In this document: in pieces, positions 28,033 to 35,475 of the stretch
How positions within the stretch are numbered: position 1 is the first letter of the stretch
Layout: each line of letters opens with the position of its first letter
NCBI GenBank assembly: GCA_963664295.1
Contig: OY760935.1
Location: 416,001-480,000, forward strand
Direction: 5' to 3'
Source of the DNA: Candidatus Altimarinota bacterium
Lineage (GTDB): Bacteria; Patescibacteriota; Gracilibacteria; CAIRYL01; GCA-016699755
Length of the DNA: 64,000 bases
Notes under the pieces: model-generated
The model's input: the letters and a program-made list of their open reading frames with translations, nothing else
What the model was told of the DNA's origin: nothing
Databases searched by the model: none
Position numbers and translations under genes: made by a program

Positions 28033-29121
28033 CTATAAGAGTTTAATAAACTCATCAAATAAAAACTGGGCATCTTGTGGACCAGGACAGGCTTCAGGAT
28101 GAAATTGCACAGAAAAAATAGGTTTTGTTTTGTGTTTTATGCCCTCAACACTGCCATCGTTTAAATTCTTAAACCAAATTTTAAAATCCTTTGGAATTTT
28201 TTTCTCATCAACAGCAAAGCCATGATTTTGACTTGTCACATAACATTTTTCCGTTTCAATATCCTGCACAGGCTGATTTACACTTCTGTGTCCATAAGGA
28301 AGTTTATATGTATTACCGCCTAATGAAAGCGCTAAAATCTGATTACCAAGGCAAATTCCAAAACATGGAACACCTTTTTCATAAGCCCATTTAATATTTT
28401 TTGCAATTACTGGAGCAACTTTTTTTGGATCACCAGGGCCATTAGCAATAAAAAGTCCATCAAACTCATATTCGCCAGTGCTTGCATCAAAATTCCAAGG
28501 AACATGGATAATTTCTACTCCTCTTTTTAAGAAAGACCTTAAAATATTCCTTTTTATTCCTGTATCAACAACTAAAACTCTTTTTTTAATTGAATTTTTT
28601 GGCTTATAAACCTGCACCTTATCTATCGAAACCTCTGCCACAAGATTGCCCTCTTCTGGATTTTCGATTGTTTTTTTAGGCTCACCATCTTCAATAACAA
28701 TCTGACCAAGGCAAGTGCCATGTTCACGCAAAACCTGAGTTAATTCCCTAGTATCAATGCCAGCTATTGCAGGGACTTTGTTTTCTTTTAGCCAATCTGT
28801 AAGAGTTTTTTCACCGCGAAAATGAGAAAAATCCTTAGCAGGAGTGGAGCAAACAAGCCCTCGCACATGAATATTTTCACTTTCAAAATTTTTAATAATA
28901 CCATGTTCGTCTTTATCAAAAGGTGGAACCCCAACATTACCCACCAATGGAAAAGTAAAACAAAGTATCTGTCCTCTATAACTAGGATCAGTCAAAGAAA
29001 GCTCAAAACCAACCATGCCAGTAGAAAAAACCACTTCACCATCACTTGGTCCTTCATAACCAAAGCTTTCTCCTATAAATTCCTGACCTGTTGTTAATAT
29101 TAAGCGAGCTTTTTTTGGCAT
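28033..29121 (-). CDS. carA: Carbamoyl-phosphate synthase small subunit
   Basis: GEVVFSTGM, LTDPSY.GQIL, GIDTR, NGPGDP, FGICLGNQ, TSQNHGF, VQFHPEA. Confidence 0.97.
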   Translation of the reverse strand: MPKKARLILTTGQEFIGESFGYEGPSDGEVVFSTGMVGFELSLTDPSYRGQILCFTFPLVGNVGVPPFDKDEHGIIKNFESENIHVRGLVCSTPAKDFSHFRGEKTLTDWLKENKVPAIAGIDTRELTQVLREHGTCLGQIVIEDGEPKKTIENPEEGNLVAEVSIDKVQVYKPKNSIKKRVLVVDTGIKRNILRSFLKRGVEIIHVPWNFDASTGEYEFDGLFIANGPGDPKKVAPVIAKNIKWAYEKGVPCFGICLGNQILALSLGGNTYKLPYGHRSVNQPVQDIETEKCYVTSQNHGFAVDEKKIPKDFKIWFKNLNDGSVEGIKHKTKPIFSVQFHPEACPGPQDAQFLFDEFIKLL

Positions 29122-29188
29122 TTTCTTTCTTTAATTCCAACTTATTTTGCCCCAAAAAAACTTCTTAGTCGAGTGAAAAAAGCAAAAA

Positions 29189-30061
29189 TTATGCAAAAAC
29201 ACCAGTGCTCAAATATTTATCACCCCTATCCGGTAAAATAACAAGCACTTTTCCATTTTTAATCTTTTCCGCCACAGTAATAGCACCACCACTACTCAAA
29301 CCAGCAAAAATCCCTTCCACTTGCGCTAATTTTTTTGTATTTGCAAATGCCTCCTCATTTTCAATGAAAACTTTTTCACTAAAATAAGAATCATCAACAA
29401 TTTTTGGCATAAAATCATCATAAGGATTTTGAATACCTTGCACATTAAACCCCTTAGGCGGAATAATAGCCACTATTTTTGTATTTGGAGAATGTTTTTC
29501 AAAATATTTTGCCAAGCCCATAATAGTCCCACCTGTACCCACACCAGCCACAAGATAATCAATCTCTGGCATTTCCGCCAAAATCTCCTCTCCATATTGC
29601 AAATAAGCCTCAACATTATCTTCGTTCTCAAACTGGTTCGCAAACCAATATTCATCTGGGCTATCTGCCACCAATTCTTTTGCCTTGGCAATCGCCCCTG
29701 CTGTACCCAAGTTTTTATCAGTCAAAACAAGTTCAGCCCCAAGGCTACGCAAAATCTGCTTACGTTCTTCACTCATTGCCTCGCTCATAACAATCTTCAC
29801 CTTAAATCCAAGCGAAGTACCAATAGAAGCCAAAGAAATACCCATATTTCCACTTGTTGCTTCAAGAATTGTTTTTTCTTTGGTCAAATCCCCTCTTTCA
29901 ATTGCCCTATTTATCATATTACTACCAGCACGGTCTTTTATGCTCCCACCTGCTGGATTTGCTCCCTCGATTTTTGCATATATTTCTTGATCTGGAAAAA
30001 TTTTCTCCAAACGCACGAGTGGCGTGCTTCCTGTTGCTTTTTGCAATGTTTTTGTATTCAT
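29189..30061 (-). CDS. cysK: Cysteine synthase (PLP-dependent, CysK/CysM family)
   Basis: GSTPLVRL, NPAGGSIKDR, EATSGNMG, NQFEN, GVGTGGT, EGIFAGLSSG, PDRGDKYLS. Confidence 0.93.
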   Translation of the reverse strand: MNTKTLQKATGSTPLVRLEKIFPDQEIYAKIEGANPAGGSIKDRAGSNMINRAIERGDLTKEKTILEATSGNMGISLASIGTSLGFKVKIVMSEAMSEERKQILRSLGAELVLTDKNLGTAGAIAKAKELVADSPDEYWFANQFENEDNVEAYLQYGEEILAEMPEIDYLVAGVGTGGTIMGLAKYFEKHSPNTKIVAIIPPKGFNVQGIQNPYDDFMPKIVDDSYFSEKVFIENEEAFANTKKLAQVEGIFAGLSSGGAITVAEKIKNGKVLVILPDRGDKYLSTGVFA

Positions 30062-30080
30062 TTTGTTTAAATAAATTTAT

Positions 30081-30110
30081 AAAAAAATACTCTCAGCTTA
30101 TGTGAGAGTA
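30081..30110 (-). terminator. Attenuator terminator upstream of cysK
   Basis: TACTCTCA-CATAAGC-TGAGAGTA then TTTTTTT, 20 nt before the cysK ATG. Confidence 0.85.
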
Positions 30111-30151
30111 GTAGTTAAAATACAGTTTTGGCAAAAACTAAGTCACTACTC

Positions 30152-30199
30152 TCAAACGAGAGCGCAACAACATGCCAAAGCTATTTTTTTGATTTTCAT
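30152..30199 (-). CDS. Cys-rich leader peptide MKIKKIALACCCALV
   Basis: ATG AAA ATC AAA AAA ATA GCT TTG GCA TGT TGT TGC GCT CTC GTT TGA; three consecutive Cys codons upstream of cysteine synthase. Confidence 0.85.
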   Translation of the reverse strand: MKIKKIALACCCALV

Positions 30200-30206
30200 C
30201 GTTTTT

Positions 30207-30235
30207 ATTGTAAATGATTTTTACGAAAAAGGCAA
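30207..30235 (-). promoter_or_regulatory. Sigma70 promoter for the leader/cysK transcript (leaderless start)
   Basis: TTGCCT-17-TACAAT with the leader ATG 7 nt downstream. Confidence 0.7.
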
Positions 30236-30508
30236 ACATTGTTCATCTTTTTCTATTCCTAATAATTGCAATGAATTCTTCTCTGTTGCTCCAATAATTT
30301 CTTCAACTTGTTGTTTTGTTTCCAATGAAAGACTTGGGCAAAACAAAACTCCTTGCTGTCCTGCCAATTCTCCAAGTCGCGCACAAGCGCCTTTCATACC
30401 CAAAGCTCCTAATTCATCACAATATGGCTCATAAACATAACCTTCTCTTATTCCAGTTATACGATCCGAAAAAGGCAATTTTGCTAAGTCAAAATTGTCA
30501 CAAGGCAT
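30221..30508 (-). CDS. Small Cys-containing hypothetical protein
   Basis: ATG ORF of 95 aa with an upstream TTGACA-16-TACAAT promoter; contains ETKQQVEEII motif. Confidence 0.55.
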   Translation of the reverse strand: MPCDNFDLAKLPFSDRITGIREGYVYEPYCDELGALGMKGACARLGELAGQQGVLFCPSLSLETKQQVEEIIGATEKNSLQLLGIEKDEQCLPFS

Positions 30509-30579
30509 AATTATTTAGAAACAGGATTTAAATTGTACGCCATTTAGCTGTGTTGTCAATACAAAGTTCGAGTCCTGTA

Positions 30580-30654
30580 TGGTACCCCCGACAGGAATCG
30601 AACCTGTATCTACAGCTTAGGAGGCCGTCGTTCTATCCATTGAACTACGGGGGC
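30580..30654 (-). tRNA. tRNA-Arg (CCT)
   Basis: GCCCCCGTAGTTCAATGGATAGAACGACGGCCTCCTAAGCTGTAGATACAGGTTCGATTCCTGTCGGGGGTACCA cloverleaf with CCA. Confidence 0.95.
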
Positions 30655-30678
30655 AGGTTTTTACATTATTATATCCTC

Positions 30679-31236
30679 TTAAGATTTTTTAATCTGTACA
30701 TATTGAGTGTGTTCTTGTGGCAATTTGCTCTGCTCTATCTCAAAAACATCACCTTTTTCTGTGTTTTCTGCGCCCAATTCTTTTAATAATTCTTCAAAAA
30801 GCGTTTCATCTCCAGCCATAATCAATATTCGTGGGTCAATTTCTTCTGCAAATTTTTTGAGATCTTTATTGTTCATACCGTCTGTGCTTTTTGGTAAGAA
30901 CAAAATATCTGCATTAACTAATTTTTCAATTTTTTCTTGAGAAACAAGTTTTTTTAAATCTCCCAAAAAAGCTATGCGTATGCCATCAACCTCGAAATAT
31001 TGGGCTATTCTCTCCCCTCTTGTGTTGATTGATTTTACTGCTATGCCACCATATTCAAACTCGCCTGGCCAGGCTATTGCTGGCTTATCGCCAAATTTAT
31101 TATCATCTTTTATGTGTGAAAACAAACTTACTGCAACTTTATTGTCTACCTGACTTTCTGATTCCGGATTTATTAGTATTTTGTGCTTTTCTCCTTCGAT
31201 TGTGAAAGAAAAATTTCCTTGAAATGTGATTTTCAT
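30679..31236 (-). CDS. Degenerate MBL-fold (beta-lactamase-like) protein
   Basis: MKITFQGNFSF.I, PGEFEYGGI, DGIRIAFLGDL, DILFLP; HxHxDH metal motif not intact. Confidence 0.75.
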   Translation of the reverse strand: MKITFQGNFSFTIEGEKHKILINPESESQVDNKVAVSLFSHIKDDNKFGDKPAIAWPGEFEYGGIAVKSINTRGERIAQYFEVDGIRIAFLGDLKKLVSQEKIEKLVNADILFLPKSTDGMNNKDLKKFAEEIDPRILIMAGDETLFEELLKELGAENTEKGDVFEIEQSKLPQEHTQYVQIKKS

Positions 31237-31249
31237 ATTTTTTATTAAA

Positions 31250-32515
31250 TTATTTTAAAATTATTTTACCTCCGAGGGAGTTTATTTTTTTGTCGATATT
31301 TTCGTATCCTCTGAAAATATAATTTATATTTGAGATTTCTGTTGTGCCCTTTGCACAGAGGCCTGCGAGCACCATAGCTGCACCTGCGCGAATGTCTTGG
31401 CTGGCTATTAGGGTGCCTTTTAGGTCGCTTTTTCCTATTATTAGTGCTTGATGGGGATTTAATAATTCTATTTGTGCTCCCATTTTCTCTAATTCGAACA
31501 AAAATGCAAATCTACCTTCGAATAATGTTTCAAAAACTCTTGATATGCCTTTTGCTTGGGTCATCAATACTGCAAATGGCGCCATTAAGTCTGTCGGAAA
31601 ACCGGGAAATACAGCTGTTTTTAAGTTTACTGCCTGATAATCTTTTTTAGGAGGTTTAATTTTTGCATAATCTGAATATATTTCTATATTTACTCCTGCT
31701 TCTTTTAGTTTTTGATAAAAAGAATCTAATTGGCTTTCTATTGCGCCTTTTACTGTGATTTCACCTTTTGTCACTGCTCCGGCAAGGATTAGTGTGCCTG
31801 CTTCGAGCATGTCTGGTGTTATTTCTATATTTGCATTTTTTAATTCTCCACCTTTTATTTGTATATTATGTGTGCCTGCGCCTTTTATTTCTGCTCCTGC
31901 GGATTGCAATGTCTCGCAGAGATTTTTTACATGTGGTTCTGAGGCGGTCATGCGTATTTCTGTTTCTTGTTTTAATGTGCTGGCAAGAATTATTATATTT
32001 TCTGTTGCTGTGACAGACATTTCCGGTAGGACTATTTTTTTGCTTACTGGAAAATCTTTTCTTAGTTTTAGATGTAAATAATTTTGTGATTCGATTATTT
32101 CTGCACCAATTTGCACAAAAGCTGATAAGTGTGTGTCTGCTGAGCGTTTGCCAAGTACACATCCTCCTGGAAATGGTATTTTTATTTCTCCAAAACGAGC
32201 TAAAAGAGGACCAAGAAACAAAATTGTACCTCTCATTTTTGCAATTCCTTCGTGTTCAATTGTTTTATTTTTTGGTAATTGTACTTTTTCTGTGTTTATT
32301 TCTGCTCGATTTCCTGTTTTTTTCACTGTTGCTCCTAGGTCTTCGAGAATTTTCAAAAATACCTGCACATCAGAAATCTCTGGCAGATTTTTAATAACAC
32401 TAGTGCCTTTTATAACAAGTGTAGAAGCCAATATTGGCAAGGCAGCATTTTTACTACCATTTACCGAAACTTCTCCTTTTAATTTTTTGCCTCCTTCTAT
32501 TTCAAATATTTTCAT
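31250..32515 (-). CDS. murA: UDP-N-acetylglucosamine 1-carboxyvinyltransferase
   Basis: GSKNAALPI, PGGCVLGKR (catalytic Cys), SVTATEN, FPGFPTDL, DIRAGAA, RGYE. Confidence 0.97.
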   Translation of the reverse strand: MKIFEIEGGKKLKGEVSVNGSKNAALPILASTLVIKGTSVIKNLPEISDVQVFLKILEDLGATVKKTGNRAEINTEKVQLPKNKTIEHEGIAKMRGTILFLGPLLARFGEIKIPFPGGCVLGKRSADTHLSAFVQIGAEIIESQNYLHLKLRKDFPVSKKIVLPEMSVTATENIIILASTLKQETEIRMTASEPHVKNLCETLQSAGAEIKGAGTHNIQIKGGELKNANIEITPDMLEAGTLILAGAVTKGEITVKGAIESQLDSFYQKLKEAGVNIEIYSDYAKIKPPKKDYQAVNLKTAVFPGFPTDLMAPFAVLMTQAKGISRVFETLFEGRFAFLFELEKMGAQIELLNPHQALIIGKSDLKGTLIASQDIRAGAAMVLAGLCAKGTTEISNINYIFRGYENIDKKINSLGGKIILK

Positions 32516-32543
32516 CAAAGAAAATTGTGCCTGAAAAGCTTGT

Positions 32544-33257
32544 TTATGGCAAGGTTTTAGCTTGCTTTTCTGCTTCTGCTTTTGCTTTCATGTCTATTTC
32601 CCAAAGCTCTTTATGTGTTTTATAAATAACTACCAAAAGCCCAAGAACACAAAAAATCAAACAAAAAGGCAAAGTTATATACAAATAAGTTTTACCGAAA
32701 ATTATAAAAAGAGTGTTAATAATTACAAAAACTATCCTAACTTCTGTTGGACCTATTTTTAAGTAAGAAATACGAAATTCATTTGTGGAAGCAAAGGCAA
32801 GATAAGCATTAACCATATAAGCACCTAAAACTGCCAATGTGGAAAAAAGCATAAAATCATACTTCATTGGCACAATAAACGAATAAGAAATCAAAATTGA
32901 ACATAAAAAAATATAATCCAAAAAATGATCCATATAATAACCCCATTTTATTAAACCTGTATTTCTATAACGACCTACTGCTCCATCAAAAAGATCTGTA
33001 AAATATTGCAAAATAATACAAACTGAAGACAGCCAAAGCCAGTGCATACTGTATTTTACAGATAAAAAACCAGAAAGCACGATCAAAGCACTCCAAACAA
33101 AAGTCATAAAAGTTAAATGGTATGTTTCTATGCACTTAGGAATTTTTGATACATATTTTTTAACTAATCTTTTTTCTAGCTTACCCAAGAGCGAAAGTCC
33201 GACTTTTTTATCTCCTGCAAAATCTTTTTTATTAGTCATATCAAATAAAATATCCAC
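32544..33257 (-). CDS. CDP-alcohol phosphatidyltransferase family protein
   Basis: DLFDGAVGR...GYYMDHFLD (DxxDGxxAR...GxxxDxxxD) with multiple TM helices. Confidence 0.85.
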   Translation of the reverse strand: MDILFDMTNKKDFAGDKKVGLSLLGKLEKRLVKKYVSKIPKCIETYHLTFMTFVWSALIVLSGFLSVKYSMHWLWLSSVCIILQYFTDLFDGAVGRYRNTGLIKWGYYMDHFLDYIFLCSILISYSFIVPMKYDFMLFSTLAVLGAYMVNAYLAFASTNEFRISYLKIGPTEVRIVFVIINTLFIIFGKTYLYITLPFCLIFCVLGLLVVIYKTHKELWEIDMKAKAEAEKQAKTLP

Positions 33258-33315
33258 TTAATTTTAATTTAATTTTCTCTTGTAAAAAAGGCGTTTTTAA
33301 AGAAAAATATGGGTT

Positions 33316-35127
33316 ATGAAAAATATTAGAAATTTTTGTATTATTGCACATATAGATCATGGAAAATCCACTCTTGCGGACAGGCTTTTAGAAATAACCA
33401 ATACTGTAGATAAACGCTCTATGAAAGAACAATATCTTGATAGTATGGATCTGGAAAGAGAAAGAGGAATTACAATCAAGCTCCAACCTGTGCGTATGGA
33501 TTATAATGGTTATATTTTGAACCTAATTGACACTCCGGGGCATGTGGATTTTACTTTTGAAATTTCCCGCTCACTTTCTTCTTGTGAAGGTGCTATTTTA
33601 GTTGTGGACGCCACTCAGGGCATAGAGGCACAAACTTTGGCAAATTTATACCTTGCACTTGAACAAGATCTAGAAATTATCCCAATTGTAAACAAAATTG
33701 ATCTTCCTTCTGCTGATCCAGAAAGAGTAAAAACGGAAATTTCCAATGTTATTGGCATTGACCCTTCGGAAATACTTGAAGTTTCTGGCAAAGAAGGAAC
33801 TGGGGTTGATAAATTATTAGAAGTAATTATTGAAAAAATCCCCTCTCCTGAAGAAGCTGGACTCAGAAAAAAACTCAATATTAATGACGACAATGAAACA
33901 AAAGCACTTATTTTTGATTCTGTTTATAATCAATTTCGTGGAGTAATTGCCTTCACTCGTGTTGTTTCCGGATCTATAAAAAAAGGGCAAAAAATCCGTT
34001 TATTAAGTACAAATAGCGAACTTGAGGTTATTGATTGTGGCTTTTTTAAGCCAGATTTTGTATCTGCTCCAGAAATTAAAACTGGTGAAGTTGGCTTTAT
34101 TGTCACAGGACTAAAAGATGCAAAAGAAATTCGCAGTGGTGATACTATTTATGCTGGCTCAGAGCCTGCAAAAGAAAAAATGCTCCCTGGTTTTAAAATA
34201 CCTATTCCTATGGTTTATGCTGGCATTTTTCCTGCTGATGCTGATGATTTTGTCACTCTTAAAGAGGCTTTAGAAAAACTATCCTTACAGGATAGTGCTT
34301 TAAAATTTGAACCTGAAACTTCTTCTGCTCTTGGTAATGGGTTTCGAGTTGGTTTTTTGGGTCTTTTGCATTTAGAAATTATCCAAGAAAGACTAGAAAG
34401 AGAATTTAATCTGGAAATTATTGCAACCTCTCCATCTGTACCGCATGAGGTTATCTTAAAAGGCACAAATGAAAAAATAATTGTGCACTCCCCTGTTTTT
34501 TGGCCTGATCCTGCACAAATACAAGATGTGCTTGAACCTTGGGCTTCTTTGGAAATTTTTGTTCCTTCTGAATATGTGGGTACTGTTTTAGATATTGTCA
34601 CCAAAAGACGCGGAGTAATGAAAAATATGCAACACCCATCAGAACTAAGAGCAGTTATTTCCGCAGAAATGCCTTTATGCAATGTTATCACTGATTTTCA
34701 TGATGTCATGAAAAGTGCAACCAAAGGTTTTGCATCAATGAGTTTTGATGTTCTTGATTTTCGCAAAGATGATTTGATTAAGTTAGACATTTTACTTTCT
34801 GGTGATGTTGTCCCCTCTCTTGCACAAATAGTGCATCGTAGCGAAGCTCATCACAGAGGATCTGCAATTTGTCGCACTCTCAAAGAAAACTTACCAAGAA
34901 AACAATTTGCCATAGCAATTCAAGCCGCAATAAGTGGCAGAGTTGTTGCTCGTGAAACTTTGTCTGCCCTCAGAAAAGATGTCACTGCAAAATTATATGG
35001 TGGTGATGTCACTCGTAAAAACAAACTTTTGGATAAACAAAAAAAAGGAAAGAAAAAAATGATGTCCATGGGTAAAGTTGATGTGCCAAAAGAAATTTTC
35101 CTAAAAATCCTTAGAAGAAGGGAGTAA
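33316..35127 (+). CDS. lepA: Elongation factor 4 (LepA)
   Basis: IRNFCIIAHIDHGKSTLADR, DTPGHVDF, NKID, GFRVGFLGLLH, RKDVTAKLYGGD. Confidence 0.98.
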   Translation: MKNIRNFCIIAHIDHGKSTLADRLLEITNTVDKRSMKEQYLDSMDLERERGITIKLQPVRMDYNGYILNLIDTPGHVDFTFEISRSLSSCEGAILVVDATQGIEAQTLANLYLALEQDLEIIPIVNKIDLPSADPERVKTEISNVIGIDPSEILEVSGKEGTGVDKLLEVIIEKIPSPEEAGLRKKLNINDDNETKALIFDSVYNQFRGVIAFTRVVSGSIKKGQKIRLLSTNSELEVIDCGFFKPDFVSAPEIKTGEVGFIVTGLKDAKEIRSGDTIYAGSEPAKEKMLPGFKIPIPMVYAGIFPADADDFVTLKEALEKLSLQDSALKFEPETSSALGNGFRVGFLGLLHLEIIQERLEREFNLEIIATSPSVPHEVILKGTNEKIIVHSPVFWPDPAQIQDVLEPWASLEIFVPSEYVGTVLDIVTKRRGVMKNMQHPSELRAVISAEMPLCNVITDFHDVMKSATKGFASMSFDVLDFRKDDLIKLDILLSGDVVPSLAQIVHRSEAHHRGSAICRTLKENLPRKQFAIAIQAAISGRVVARETLSALRKDVTAKLYGGDVTRKNKLLDKQKKGKKKMMSMGKVDVPKEIFLKILRRRE

Positions 35128-35128
35128 A

Positions 35129-35413
35129 TCAATACAAAACACCTTTGTAGTTCTTTACAATAAATTTAACTGATTCATTCACAAGACTACTTGTAAAAAG
35201 TGTTTCTAATAAATTTTCCAAAGACAAGCCTGTAAATTCTTTTGTTGGCAATTTATTTAATTTGCTCAACAAGTTAATAATTTTTCCCCTAAGCAAAGTC
35301 TGCTTTGCCCACATATCCACACTGGAAATTGGATAATCTATTGAAAAATACACAGGCGACAAAACATTTTGTTCTGGCTTATTTAGGGTTCTTTTTGTCA
35401 TTATTTCGCTCAT
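35129..35413 (-). CDS. Hypothetical protein (94 aa)
   Basis: ATG ORF filling the gap, co-oriented with the upstream ATPase gene; no recognisable motif. Confidence 0.5.
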   Translation of the reverse strand: MSEIMTKRTLNKPEQNVLSPVYFSIDYPISSVDMWAKQTLLRGKIINLLSKLNKLPTKEFTGLSLENLLETLFTSSLVNESVKFIVKNYKGVLY

Positions 35414-35475
35414 AAAATAAAAAAGCTTAATAATTATTCATTATTAAACATGAAAAAAAGATGAAACCTAAGTTT

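Noticed and set aside
29429-30434. Plus-strand ORFs 29429-30070 (213 aa) and 30102-30434
   Set aside because: They are antisense shadows of cysK and its leader; the same applies to the many short antisense ORFs over lepA, murA, proS and the ATPases.
30550-30786. 78-aa ORF
   Set aside because: It overlaps tRNA-Arg on the opposite strand.
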